The notes below the pieces were generated by a model. That model was given only the letters and a program-made list of their open reading frames with translations, had not been told where the DNA came from and did not search any database. DNA of 64,000 nucleotides, taken from an uncultured Nitrospiraceae bacterium. Lineage in GTDB: Bacteria > Nitrospirota > Thermodesulfovibrionia > Thermodesulfovibrionales > SM23-35. The stretch is taken from NCBI GenBank assembly GCA_963727775.1, contig CAVSHB010000002.1, forward strand, positions 256,001-320,000. The letters are read 5' to 3'. Shown here piece by piece: positions 50,258 to 60,554 of the stretch. A program made the position numbers and the translations under genes. The stretch's first letter is position 1, and the number at the start of each line of letters is the position of its first letter.

Positions 50258-52276
50258 TCAATCTCCGAGTATGGCCTTTATGTTTGCGAAGCACTTCTTG
50301 GCGTAGACCTTCTCCTGTTCCGGATCGAGTTTCTCGAATCTGTCGAGTTTTTTGATCGCTTCCTCGGGGATTTCCAGCAGAAACCTGGAGGGAACGGAGG
50401 TCTTGTTTTTGCCGTATTTGGATCTGTAATCGGTGTATGTAATGTAAAGCTCATTCATTGCCCTTGTTATCCCCACATAGAAAAGCCTTCTTTCCTCTTC
50501 GATATATTCTTCTTTATCCGCTGATTTCCTGTGGGGCAGAATGTCCTCCTCCACACCCGCAATGAACACAACGGAGAATTCCAGGCCCTTTGACGAATGG
50601 AAAGATATGAGCGTGACGCCGCGCCCGGCCTCATCTTCTTTTTCCTTCAATAGGTCCGTGAGCGCCATTGTTTCGAGAAACCCGTGAAGGGAAGGAGATT
50701 CCTCAGTGGCTTCGTAGTGGGCAAGGGAACCCACGAACTCCTCCATATTTTCGATCCTCCTGAATGCTGCTTCAGGGGTCTTATAGAGGCCGCTGATGTA
50801 ATCCCTGTAATTGATCTCTTCGACCAGCGCTTTAACGGTCTTGCCCATCTCCCGACCTTTGTTGAACATGTCCCGGTACCGGCCGATCAGCCCGGCAAGG
50901 GCCTCTGCAGAGGCGCCCGCCTTAGGACTGACACCGGATACTCCGGAGGCCCTGCTGAAAGTATCAAGAAGACTTATGGAGTTGGACCGTGCGAAATCTG
51001 AAAGCACAGCCAGCGCTGAAGTCCCGATGCCTCTCTTCGGTGCGCTTGAGGTCCTCAGAAGGCTCAGGTTGTCCGAGGGGTTTGCGATGATTTTGAGATA
51101 GGCAGCGAGATCCTTGATCTCCTTGTGTTCGAAATAACTCATCCCTCCTACCACCGAATAGGGAATCCTCTGCCTCCTTAATGCGGCCTCAAAAGGCCTC
51201 GAAAAGATATTGGCCCTGTAGATGACGGCGAAATCCTCATAAGGCATATTCCTCTCGAACTTTATCATCGATATCCTGTCTGCTACCCATTCCGCCTCGC
51301 CTTCCGTGTCCGCAGCCTTGAAGATGTTGACCTTGGGGCCGTTGCCCCTTTCGGTCCAGAGGGCCTTTTCCATCCTCCGCCTGTTGTTCCTTATGACTCC
51401 GTTTGCCGCATTGAGGATATTTCCGAACGAGCGATAGTTCTGTTCGAGCTTTACAGTTACGGTCCCGGGAAAGTCCTTCTCAAAATCGAGGATATTGCCG
51501 ATGTCGGCTCCCCTCCAGCCATAGATGGACTGGTCATCGTCCCCGACCACGCAGATGTTTCTTCTGGCATCCGCGAGAAGCCTGATGAATGTATACTGCA
51601 CCCGGTTCGTATCTTGGTACTCATCGACCATGATATACCTGAACTTCTCCCTGTATTTTTCAAGTACTGCCGGATGTTCCCTGAAGAGCTTCAGAGTAAG
51701 CAAAAGAAGGTCATCGAAGTCGAGGGCATTCAGCGACTTCAGCGCCTCCAGATACCTTGGATAAAGCAAAGTCGAGACCTCCTCGATAGGATCGTCTGAA
51801 GGAACGGTGTCCGTTGTAGTGAAATCGTTCTTCGTCCTGCTGATCCTTTCCAATATGGACTCTGCCTTGAAACTTTTGTCGTAAAATCTGATGTCCGACA
51901 GTATGTTTCTCAGGAGCGAAACCTGCTCCGAAGTATCGTAAATCGTAAAGTCTTTTCTATATCCGATGTGTTCGATCTCGGACCTCAAAATTCTGAGACA
52001 GAGTGAGTGAAATGTCGAAATAACGGGCGCGCCCTTCTCTCCCCTCAGCATGGCTTTTACCCTCTCCTTCATCTCCCTTGCCGCTTTATTCGTAAAGGTG
52101 ACCGCCACGACAGATCCGGCCCTGACACCGGTGTGGATAAGATATGCGGTTCTCGTGGTGATGACCCTCGTTTTTCCCGAACCGGCGCCGGCCAGTATAA
52201 GGAGCGGCCCCTCCATATGCATGACCGCTTCTTTCTGCCTTGGATTGAGGCGAGCTATTTCTTTCTCTATATCCAC
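50258..52276 (-). CDS. UvrD/PcrA/Rep DNA helicase
   Basis: AGAGSGKT, VDEYQD, GDDDQSIY, EQNYRS, HSSKGLEF, EERRLFYVGITRA. Confidence 0.97.
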   Translation of the reverse strand: MDIEKEIARLNPRQKEAVMHMEGPLLILAGAGSGKTRVITTRTAYLIHTGVRAGSVVAVTFTNKAAREMKERVKAMLRGEKGAPVISTFHSLCLRILRSEIEHIGYRKDFTIYDTSEQVSLLRNILSDIRFYDKSFKAESILERISRTKNDFTTTDTVPSDDPIEEVSTLLYPRYLEALKSLNALDFDDLLLLTLKLFREHPAVLEKYREKFRYIMVDEYQDTNRVQYTFIRLLADARRNICVVGDDDQSIYGWRGADIGNILDFEKDFPGTVTVKLEQNYRSFGNILNAANGVIRNNRRRMEKALWTERGNGPKVNIFKAADTEGEAEWVADRISMIKFERNMPYEDFAVIYRANIFSRPFEAALRRQRIPYSVVGGMSYFEHKEIKDLAAYLKIIANPSDNLSLLRTSSAPKRGIGTSALAVLSDFARSNSISLLDTFSRASGVSGVSPKAGASAEALAGLIGRYRDMFNKGREMGKTVKALVEEINYRDYISGLYKTPEAAFRRIENMEEFVGSLAHYEATEESPSLHGFLETMALTDLLKEKEDEAGRGVTLISFHSSKGLEFSVVFIAGVEEDILPHRKSADKEEYIEEERRLFYVGITRAMNELYITYTDYRSKYGKNKTSVPSRFLLEIPEEAIKKLDRFEKLDPEQEKVYAKKCFANIKAILGD

Positions 52277-52421
52277 CGATATTTCCTTTCAGACACGTTC
52301 CACGAAGATAATACAACAGTCTTTGCACTCTGGAAATTTTATATATCCGGCAGGACGCCGGAGAAAAGTTTAACACTTTTATATTACTGTTTTAGTGATG
52401 ATAAGGCAATTAATCCAGATT

Positions 52422-52567
52422 ATTCATAAAGCATGGGCAATCAGAACAGATGCAGTACCATCGCTCATTCTCGGTCCGCTTTTGCGGACCTCCGAGGTAT
52501 CCCGATCAAATCGGGATAAAGCCGCGCTGACACTGCATCTGCTCTGATTGAGTAAATATTTATTAAT
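52422..52567 (+). repeat. Structured palindromic repeat D
   Basis: Same core motif with different stem sequences. Confidence 0.85.
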
Positions 52568-52587
52568 AATATAGGCTAACCAGCGCT

Positions 52588-52641
52588 TTCATAAGATTGC
52601 CGACAAATACTGTATTTGTCGACACCCGTAAATTTTATGAA
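52588..52641. repeat. Internally deleted version of repeat A/C
   Basis: TTCATAAGATTGCCGACAAATAC-T-GTATTTGTCG...TATGAA. Confidence 0.7.
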
Positions 52642-52701
52642 CTACCCGACTAAAAAGTAAGTACAATTTAAGCGGAAATATCTGTTATAATCGCTCTATC
52701 A

Positions 52702-54171
52702 ATGAAAAAGAAGATATTGATAAACGCAAAGTATCCTGAAGAGAAAAGGGTCGCCATTGTAGAAGGAGACAAGCTTGTAGACTTCTACGTCCAGGTCTTA
52801 ACCAAAGAGCACCTCAGAGGCAACATTTACAAGGGTACCATTGTACGGATAGAGCCTTCATTGCAGGCTCTTTTTGTGGATTTCGGTTCCAAAAAACACG
52901 GGTTTCTCCAGAGGCGGGAGATAATGCCCAAATATTTCAAAGCCGATACACCGGAAAAGAAAAAAAGGCTACAGGACATTGTATCGGCAGGACAGGAAAT
53001 TATAGTGCAGGTCGAAAAGTCTGAGAGAGACACAAAGGGCGCAAGCCTTACGACTTTCATATCAATCCCTGGCAGGTATATTGTCATGATGCCGGGTCAG
53101 GAGAGGGTCGGGATTTCAAGAAAGATCGAGGACAAAAATGACAGGGCACGTTTAAAGGAACTCTTCGGCTCGCTCAAACTTCCCCCTAAAATGGGTTTTA
53201 TCCTCAGGACCGCCGGGATCGATAAAACCGGGGAAGACCTTTCGAACGATTTAAAATACCTGACAAAACTATGGGACAAGATACAGAAAGAGGCAAATGG
53301 GGTTGGGGCGCCGGCCCTCATTTATAAGGAGCAGGACATCGCCGTCAGAACGGTAAGGGATTATCTGACCTCGGATGTCGATGAAGTTCTTGTGGATGAC
53401 CAGGCGGCATTGAAGAACATAAAGGCGTTTCTGAGACAGACTCTGCCCTGGCGCAAGATAAACATCAAGTACTACAAAGAAAAAAGCCCTATTTTTGAAC
53501 TCTATAACATAGAAGATCAGGTATCAAAGATCAACGACAGATTTGTCCGCCTTCCTTCAAAGGGGTATCTGGTATTCGACAGGGCAGAGGCCCTCACCGC
53601 AATTGATGTTAATTCTGGCAGGAGCGGAAAAGAGAAGAACCTTGAACAGACGGCGCTGAAGACAAACCTTGAGGCTGCCGAAGAGATCGCAAGACAGCTC
53701 AGACTGAGGGATATCGGCGGTCTGATCGTCATTGATTTCATCGATATGCAACCCTCAAAAAACCGGCGGGAGGTCGAGACAACGCTGAAAGCCGCCCTCA
53801 GGGCAGATAAGGCCCATACCGATATAAGCGGAATATCAAGGTTTGGAATTCTGGAAATGACCAGGGAGAGGTTGAGGACGGCTTACTTTGATTCTTCATA
53901 TAAGAAATGCCGGACTTGCGACGGTTCTGGGGTCGTCAAGACGGAAGAGATGCTCGCCCTCTCCGCATTCAGGGATATTCACACAAAGGTCTCTAAGGGA
54001 GGGATAAAGAGCATTACCTGTAAGCTGCCCGTCTCAAGCGCTAACCATCTTATCAATGCGAAAAAAGAAGAACTCGTTGCCATGGAAAAAGAGTTCAAGG
54101 TAAGAATCAATATCTTTTCAGACCCTGCAGTTCCGCCGGGGCAGTTTGTTATAGACGTGGAACCGGTGTAG
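52702..54171 (+). CDS. rng: Ribonuclease G / short RNase E
   Basis: GNIYKG, AIDVNSG, RQLRLRDIGGLIVIDFIDM, CxxC; no long C-terminal tail. Confidence 0.93.
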   Translation: MKKKILINAKYPEEKRVAIVEGDKLVDFYVQVLTKEHLRGNIYKGTIVRIEPSLQALFVDFGSKKHGFLQRREIMPKYFKADTPEKKKRLQDIVSAGQEIIVQVEKSERDTKGASLTTFISIPGRYIVMMPGQERVGISRKIEDKNDRARLKELFGSLKLPPKMGFILRTAGIDKTGEDLSNDLKYLTKLWDKIQKEANGVGAPALIYKEQDIAVRTVRDYLTSDVDEVLVDDQAALKNIKAFLRQTLPWRKINIKYYKEKSPIFELYNIEDQVSKINDRFVRLPSKGYLVFDRAEALTAIDVNSGRSGKEKNLEQTALKTNLEAAEEIARQLRLRDIGGLIVIDFIDMQPSKNRREVETTLKAALRADKAHTDISGISRFGILEMTRERLRTAYFDSSYKKCRTCDGSGVVKTEEMLALSAFRDIHTKVSKGGIKSITCKLPVSSANHLINAKKEELVAMEKEFKVRINIFSDPAVPPGQFVIDVEPV

Positions 54172-54309
54172 CCGCCTGACTTTGGATGTCCCTGCGCGGG
54201 AAGCCGCTATGTCATTAACCGGCGTGAGAAATGAATGTTTATTCTCATATGTTTTTATATATAAAAAAATATTGTCCTCTTATAAAGGTGCTTTAGGTAT
54301 AGTAAATAG

Positions 54310-55617
54310 ATGAGATTTGAAGAACTGGGTATACCTGAAAAGGTCCTTAAGGGGATCAGGGCCGCCGGATTTGTTGAGTGTACGCCTGTCCAGACCCTGA
54401 CATTGCCCGAAGCATTAAAAGGTAAGGACATTGCAGCCCAGGCCCAGACAGGCACCGGGAAAACCGCAGCCTTTCTGATAGCTGTCTTTTCGCGTATGTT
54501 GGGTATGCCTCCGCCGGGAAGGGGTCCGTCTCCCCGGGTGTTAATTATTGCGCCTACAAGGGAGCTTGTGGTCCAGATTGAAGCGGAAGCGAAACTGTTG
54601 GGAGGATCTACCGGTTTCAGGATCGTCGCGGTGTACGGCGGCATCGACTATATGAAGCAGCGTGGCGAACTCGCTGAGGGCGTAGATGTGCTCATAGGCA
54701 CACCGGGCCGGCTTATAGATTATCTCAAGCAAAAGGTTTACAGCCTCAGGAGGACCCAGTTCCTCGTAATCGATGAGGCAGACCGTATGTTCGATATGGG
54801 CTTTATCAGCGACCTCCGGTTTCTGCTCAGGAGGATGTCTCCCTATGATAAGCGGCAGTCCATGCTCTTTTCCGCAACTTTGTCCAACCGCGTGCTCGAA
54901 CTCTGTTATGAGCATATGAACAATCCGGAGAGGTTCTCTGTGACGCCGGAGAAGATGACGGTGGAACAGGTCGAGCAGGAAATGTTTCACGTCGGCAGAT
55001 CCGAAAAGTTCGGCGTTCTCCTCGGGATACTCAGGCGCGAACCCGGTGGCCGTTATCTTATATTCTGCAACACCAGAGTTGAAGCCGAGCGGCTTGAGGC
55101 CCTCCTTAATGCCAATGGTTTGGTAGCCGCTACTATCACGGGAGACATTCCACAGCACAAAAGGATCAAGGTCCTTTCCCTATTCAAGGACGGCGCATTA
55201 CCGATACTTGTGGCCACTGATGTAGCGAGTCGGGGACTGCATATAGAAGGTGTAACACATGTGATAAACTACGACCTTCCCCAGGACTCCGAGGACTACG
55301 TGCACCGGATCGGCAGGACCGCCCGAGCCGGCGCCGGCGGCAAGGCCATAAGCCTCGCCTGCGAGCAATATGTCCGGTCCCTCCCGGACATCGAAGATTA
55401 TATTAGGCAGAAGATACCGATCATGCCGTTGACCGATGAAATGATCGTTACCGGATATCGCAGAAAGCCGGCGTATGACAGTAGGAAGGAAGGCAGTAGC
55501 AGTCCGCAAAGGAGGGATTTCAGAGAAACACGCCGGAAAGAAAAACCTTCTCGGACGGGCAAACCATCGCGAGTGTCCGGGAAGACAGGCGCACGGCCTG
55601 ACAGGAAAAAATCTTAG
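54310..55617 (+). CDS. DEAD-box RNA helicase (RhlB-like)
   Basis: AQTGTGKT, PTREL, DEAD, SAT, HRIGRT. Confidence 0.95.
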   Translation: MRFEELGIPEKVLKGIRAAGFVECTPVQTLTLPEALKGKDIAAQAQTGTGKTAAFLIAVFSRMLGMPPPGRGPSPRVLIIAPTRELVVQIEAEAKLLGGSTGFRIVAVYGGIDYMKQRGELAEGVDVLIGTPGRLIDYLKQKVYSLRRTQFLVIDEADRMFDMGFISDLRFLLRRMSPYDKRQSMLFSATLSNRVLELCYEHMNNPERFSVTPEKMTVEQVEQEMFHVGRSEKFGVLLGILRREPGGRYLIFCNTRVEAERLEALLNANGLVAATITGDIPQHKRIKVLSLFKDGALPILVATDVASRGLHIEGVTHVINYDLPQDSEDYVHRIGRTARAGAGGKAISLACEQYVRSLPDIEDYIRQKIPIMPLTDEMIVTGYRRKPAYDSRKEGSSSPQRRDFRETRRKEKPSRTGKPSRVSGKTGARPDRKKS

Positions 55618-56285
55618 GAAGCGCTTCCTTTAAAAATACCGGGTTTATCAGTTGCAATGCCGTCAACGTCTTTGGCTATATATAATTTAGCTTCTGTTGC
55701 TGAATTGATAGTCCAGACGATTACCTTCAGGTTACTCTTATGCGCCTTTGCCACATCTCTTCTGTGAACGAATCTGTATAAAGGGATCAGGTACTGGGCG
55801 TTCAGCTCCAGCGCTTTTTCGATCGGCTTTTTGAATTTTGTATATATGAGTCCGGTTTCAATTTTTTTATCAAGGCTTCTTATTTGAGCAAGGGCCATTG
55901 TGTGAAAGGAGATAATGATGCTCCTCTCTCCCAATTTTTCCTTCTTGATCGCATCCAGGACCTTGCTTTCATACCCGACCTCTTTTAATTCAACCAGTAT
56001 TTTTTCTGCCTTACCGTCGATGAAGCGCAAGGCCTCTTCCAAAGTAGCAATCCTGTTACCTGTCAATTCTTTCAGGTCCTTCAGCGGAGTTTCATTTATG
56101 CGGACGTCCTTACCGAAGACTTTTTTCAGATTATCGTCGTGGCTGATGACCATTTCCCCGTCGCCGGAAGCTCGCACATCAAATTCGACGGCATTTGCGC
56201 CCAATTCGATTGCCTTATTAAAGCTCTCAAGGGTGTTTTCGGTTTCGTAAGCCTTGGCGCCGCGATGGCCCACTTTTAGAAACAT
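55614..56285 (-). CDS. Glycerophosphodiester phosphodiesterase
   Basis: GHRG, ENT, EFDV, HD, WTIN, DGIATD. Confidence 0.93.
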   Translation of the reverse strand: MFLKVGHRGAKAYETENTLESFNKAIELGANAVEFDVRASGDGEMVISHDDNLKKVFGKDVRINETPLKDLKELTGNRIATLEEALRFIDGKAEKILVELKEVGYESKVLDAIKKEKLGERSIIISFHTMALAQIRSLDKKIETGLIYTKFKKPIEKALELNAQYLIPLYRFVHRRDVAKAHKSNLKVIVWTINSATEAKLYIAKDVDGIATDKPGIFKGSAS

Positions 56286-56324
56286 GGATATTTTACCTTT
56301 TCAGACCGGTCTGTACCGGACGTC

Positions 56325-56855
56325 CTATTTTATCTCCAGAACCTCTATGTCAAAGTTAAGAGTCTTGCCTGCAAGGGGATGGTTGAGGTCCATTACAACC
56401 ACATCGTCTTTGACTTCCACGATTTTAACAGGAATGCTCTGTCCGTCTTTAGCGTGCGCCATTAACATCATCCCTGCTTTCGGTGTTATCTCAGGGGGCA
56501 ACTGATTTTTAGGGACGTTCTGTCTGGCGGTTGGGTCCTCAGGCCCGTATCCATCTTCCGGTGCGACCTTAAAAGACTTTTTCTCACCGACCTTCATGCC
56601 CATTACAGTCTTCTCGAAGCCGGGGATAACCTGGTGGCTGCCCGGCTTAAATTCAAGCGGACCGCGCCCCTTAGAGCTATCCACCTCTTTCCCGTCAACG
56701 GTCAGGGTATAATTGACCTTGACCGTTTTGCCTTCCGAGATAACAACTTCTTCTTTTTTATCCTTTTCCGCTGCCTCGGAATAAGCGGCCAAAAACGACA
56801 GTCCCATGATGACCGCCAGAAGCACTGAGAACAACGTGACATTCCTTGTCTTCAT
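56325..56855 (-). CDS. Exported SlyD-type FKBP peptidyl-prolyl isomerase
   Basis: Signal peptide, VIPGFE, PEDGYG, DLNHPLAGKTLNFDIEV. Confidence 0.92.
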   Translation of the reverse strand: MKTRNVTLFSVLLAVIMGLSFLAAYSEAAEKDKKEEVVISEGKTVKVNYTLTVDGKEVDSSKGRGPLEFKPGSHQVIPGFEKTVMGMKVGEKKSFKVAPEDGYGPEDPTARQNVPKNQLPPEITPKAGMMLMAHAKDGQSIPVKIVEVKDDVVVMDLNHPLAGKTLNFDIEVLEIK

Positions 56856-57144
56856 ACAACACCTCTCATTTGATTGTTTAAAACTTAAGGAATAAAAAAA
56901 CAATAAACCGCAATATAGAATACTTCGCGGTTTACGTCAAAATACTCCGGTAAGCTTTAGTAAATTGTAAATTATTATCGGCGACTTTGCAAGTAACGAA
57001 TATTTTTGATGGAGAAGAATAAAAGTTACCAAACGCGGTGACCCTATGCATTTGTGCGCTCGGGTGTTGTCATATATAATTATATAGACTATCCGGTAAT
57101 TTACGGTATACTTGCAGGATTGGGAACCTGGGAAAAGGAGAATT

Positions 57145-58509
57145 ATGTTCGAATTAATAAAGCGGATGATCTCAAAAACGTCTGCGGATTACGCGGATAT
57201 AAGGTATGAAATAATAAAAGAAACAAAAATTGTATTCACCGGCAGAGAGCTCTTTCACATTGGCACAAATTCGACCGACGGTTTCGTGATAAGGATTTTA
57301 AAAAATGGGGGTTTTTCATCAATAGCCTTTACCCGTCCGGATGATGCTGAAAATGCCCTCCGCATATCTGAAGAAAATGCCGCCTTGATGGCGCGGCATG
57401 TAAAGAATCCCGTGACCTTTGCAGCAACGGATGTTATAAAAGCCATATTCCTTCCGGATATCGATGAAGATCCAAGGCATGTTCCGATTGAAGAGAAACT
57501 CCAGTTAACGAGGAAATATAATTCCATAGCATTGGGGCATGAGAAGATCGCTACAACAAATATCGGGTATAGTGAAGTCATCCGCGAGAAATACTTTGTG
57601 AGTACGGAAGGCACGGAGATCAGGGAAGACCTCATTACGACCTCTTTAGGCGGGATGATTACGAGCAGGGAAGGTACGCTTACACAGAATGTTAGGGTCG
57701 CCGCCGGAGGAAGCCACGGATTTGCATTATTAAGGAACCAGGAAGAAGAGTTTGAGAAAAAAACGTCCATAGCGCTTGACTTGTTACAAGCAACGCCGGT
57801 TAGCGGCGGGGAATATAATGTCGTGCTCAATCAGGACATGGCCGGTGTTTTTGCCCATGAGGCTTTCGGCCATTTCTCAGAAGCTGATCTTATAGAAGAT
57901 TCTCCGACAATGCGGGACAGGATGAAAATCGGGGCTATGCTCGGGAACGAAGTGCTCGGTATTACAGATGATCCCACGATACCCCGCCAGTTAGGTTTCT
58001 ACTATTGCGACGATGAAGGTGTAAAAGCAAGACGTGTGCCGCTGATGAAACAGGGAATGCTTGCCGGGCGTCTGCATTCAAGAAGAACGGCTGCGGAATT
58101 CGGCGAAGGGTTAACGGGCCATTGCGTCGCTGAAGATTATCGCTATGCTCCCATAGTGAGAATGGGCAATATTTTTATAGAACCCGGCGAAAATACGTTT
58201 GAAGACCTTCTGTCAATGCTCGGCGACGGGCTGTACATCCTGGACCACAAGGGCGGACAGACAAGCGGAGAAAATTTTACCTTCGGGGCGCAGTACGGCT
58301 ATATAATAAAAGGCGGAAAGAAAAGGACGATGGTCCGTGACATTAATATGTCCGGTAACCTCTACCGTACATTAAAGAATATTACGGCGGTCGGAAATGA
58401 CCTTTGCCTTTCGAAGACAGGCGGTTGCGGAAAAGGGCAGACGAATATCCGCTCCTGCCACGGAGGTCCTCATGTACGCATCAATAATGTAATTATCGGG
58501 GGCGCGTAG
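57145..58509 (+). CDS. tldD: TldD metalloprotease
   Basis: HEAFGHFSE, DDEG, RMGN, CGKGQ. Confidence 0.92.
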   Translation: MFELIKRMISKTSADYADIRYEIIKETKIVFTGRELFHIGTNSTDGFVIRILKNGGFSSIAFTRPDDAENALRISEENAALMARHVKNPVTFAATDVIKAIFLPDIDEDPRHVPIEEKLQLTRKYNSIALGHEKIATTNIGYSEVIREKYFVSTEGTEIREDLITTSLGGMITSREGTLTQNVRVAAGGSHGFALLRNQEEEFEKKTSIALDLLQATPVSGGEYNVVLNQDMAGVFAHEAFGHFSEADLIEDSPTMRDRMKIGAMLGNEVLGITDDPTIPRQLGFYYCDDEGVKARRVPLMKQGMLAGRLHSRRTAAEFGEGLTGHCVAEDYRYAPIVRMGNIFIEPGENTFEDLLSMLGDGLYILDHKGGQTSGENFTFGAQYGYIIKGGKKRTMVRDINMSGNLYRTLKNITAVGNDLCLSKTGGCGKGQTNIRSCHGGPHVRINNVIIGGA

Positions 58510-58553
58510 CTGATTAATTGTAATATATCTAAAGATATGCTAAGCTATCTATA

Positions 58554-59180
58554 ATGGATAGGTTAATGGGGATAGGAGACGCATCCAGGATGTTGGGGAT
58601 TTCAATTTCCACATTACGACGTTGGGAACGCGAAGGGAAGTTATTGCCTGAGCGTACAGTTGGAGGACAGCGACGGTACGATATGGCGAAATTAAAACCT
58701 GAAGCATTCCGTCTTATCCCGGATGAGCGCAAGACAATAGCTTATGCCCGTGTCTGCAGTCATGATCAGAAAGATGACTTGGAGAGACAGAAACAAGTTC
58801 TTGAAATCTATTGTGCGCAACAGGGTTGGACCTTTGAAGTAGTAACTGATTTAGGGTCCGGCATGAACTATTACAAGAAGGGGCTGAAAAAACTCCTAAA
58901 TAATATTCTTGAAGGACAAATTGGACGGCTGGTCATCACTCATAAGGACAGGCTTCTCCGCTTTGGCGCTGAACTTGTATTCGCCATCTGTGAAGCTAAG
59001 AAAGTCGAAGTGGTTATTATCAATAAGGGAGAGGATCCCACTTTTGAGGAAGACTTGGCGAAAGACGTGCTGGAGATCATAACTGTATTCAGCGCCCGCC
59101 TCTACAGGAGCCGCAGCCACAAGAACCAGAAGTTGATTAATGGCGTAAGGAAAGCGGTGGAAGATGCTAACTGCCCATAA
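58554..59180 (+). CDS. tnpA: IS607 serine recombinase TnpA
   Basis: MerR-like HTH (TLRRWEREG), IAYARVCS, DLGSG, DRLLRFG; YARVC instead of the usual YARVS. Confidence 0.93.
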   Translation: MDRLMGIGDASRMLGISISTLRRWEREGKLLPERTVGGQRRYDMAKLKPEAFRLIPDERKTIAYARVCSHDQKDDLERQKQVLEIYCAQQGWTFEVVTDLGSGMNYYKKGLKKLLNNILEGQIGRLVITHKDRLLRFGAELVFAICEAKKVEVVIINKGEDPTFEEDLAKDVLEIITVFSARLYRSRSHKNQKLINGVRKAVEDANCP

Positions 59181-60339
59181 AATAGCTCTTGACCCGAATA
59201 ACATTCAGGCAACCTATTTAGCCCGTGCCGCCGGCACAGCACGATTCGCATACAACTGGGCGCTTGCTGAGTGGCAGCGGCAATATGAAGCGCACACGGC
59301 TGATGAAAGGTCACCCAAACCGTCTGAAGCCGCTCTGCGGCGCAAGCTCAACAGCATCAAGCGAGAGCAGTTCCCCTGGATGTTGGAAGTTACGAATAAC
59401 GCGCCTCAGATGGCTATTATGCAGTTGGGCACTGCATTCAGAAACTTCTTCATGAAAAGAGCGCAGTACCCACAGTTTCGGCGAAAAGGCATTCATGACC
59501 GATTTACGCTTACCAATGATCAGTTCAGCATCGAAGGCTCACGCATCCGCATACCTGGCCTTGGTTGGGTGAAGATGCGTGAGCCGTTACGTTTCGACGG
59601 CAAGATCATGAACGCTACGGTCAGTCGTAATGCCGATCGCTGGTTTGCAGCAATAGGAGTGGATATGCCCGGCGAAACACCGTACCCGCCGGAAGGGTCG
59701 CCCATTGCACTGGATGTGGGATTGACCACATTTGCCGCAGACAGCGGCGGCGGTAAGTTGGAAGCGCCCAAGCCGCTGGCAAAAAACCTATTGAGACTGC
59801 GGAGACTTCAGCGTCGGTGTGCTCGGAAGGTGGAAGAGCAGAAGAAAAAGATGGGCTTGGATGGTAAGGCAATACCGAAAGGTGTGCGCCTGCCCGTTTC
59901 CAGCAATCTCAAAAAGGCGCGACAGGAAGTGGCAAAGCTCCATCACCGCATCGGAGATATTCGTAAGGATTTTCTACACAAAACTTCGACGAAACTGGCG
60001 AAAACCAAGCCGGTGATCGTTGTGGAAGATCTGCACGTCAAGGGGATGGTCCGTAATTCCAAGCTCGCCAGGCACATTGCTGATGTATCATGGGGCAAGT
60101 TTAGACGGCAACTGGCTTACAAGTGCCGGAAGTTCCGTTCAGCTCTTGTGGTTACCCCACGTTTTCTTGCCAGCTCCAAGCTGTGTTCCTGCTGTGAACA
60201 CCAATTGGAATCACTGGCGCTGTCTGTGCGAGACTGGACGTGCCCGGTGTGCGGAGCGCATCATGATCGAGATGTAAACGCGGCGAAGAACCTACTGAAT
60301 TGGTATATTAAACATGGCGACATATATTTTGCCGCATAA
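59164..60339 (+). CDS. tnpB: TnpB RNA-guided nuclease
   Basis: RuvC ALDVG, VVEDL, DRDVNAA; Zn finger CSCC...CPVC. Confidence 0.95.
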   Translation: MLTAHKIALDPNNIQATYLARAAGTARFAYNWALAEWQRQYEAHTADERSPKPSEAALRRKLNSIKREQFPWMLEVTNNAPQMAIMQLGTAFRNFFMKRAQYPQFRRKGIHDRFTLTNDQFSIEGSRIRIPGLGWVKMREPLRFDGKIMNATVSRNADRWFAAIGVDMPGETPYPPEGSPIALDVGLTTFAADSGGGKLEAPKPLAKNLLRLRRLQRRCARKVEEQKKKMGLDGKAIPKGVRLPVSSNLKKARQEVAKLHHRIGDIRKDFLHKTSTKLAKTKPVIVVEDLHVKGMVRNSKLARHIADVSWGKFRRQLAYKCRKFRSALVVTPRFLASSKLCSCCEHQLESLALSVRDWTCPVCGAHHDRDVNAAKNLLNWYIKHGDIYFAA

Positions 60340-60399
60340 TTACAATGCAACCCTATAATTCATGCCACTTCATGCGACAATTGTTATGACGGTATGTTT

Positions 60400-60549
60400 A
60401 GTACCGTGAGTTCCACGGGATTTCAAGCCTGCGGAGTGCCCTCTGATGGGTCTGTACTGTTGTTTGGTGCTGATAGTCATGGCACGTTGAAACAGGAATC
60501 CAGCTTCAAAGCTGCCTACGAGTAGCTTTGAGTAGGTATGGAGGAACGG
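60400..60549 (+). ncRNA. Putative TnpB omega/reRNA scaffold
   Basis: GTACCGTGAGTTCCACGG...AAGCCTGCGGAG...GAAACAGGAA, resembling TnpB right ends. Confidence 0.6.
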
Positions 60550-60554
60550 ATATA

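Larger units (their letters stand above)
58503..60549 (+). mobile_element. IS607-family element (TnpA and TnpB) between tldD and pmbA
   Basis: Serine recombinase plus TnpB; right end GAGGAACGG; left boundary approximate. Confidence 0.88.

Noticed and set aside
58510..58553. IStron (group I intron fused to IS607)
   Set aside because: Only ~45 bp precede tnpA, too short for a group I ribozyme
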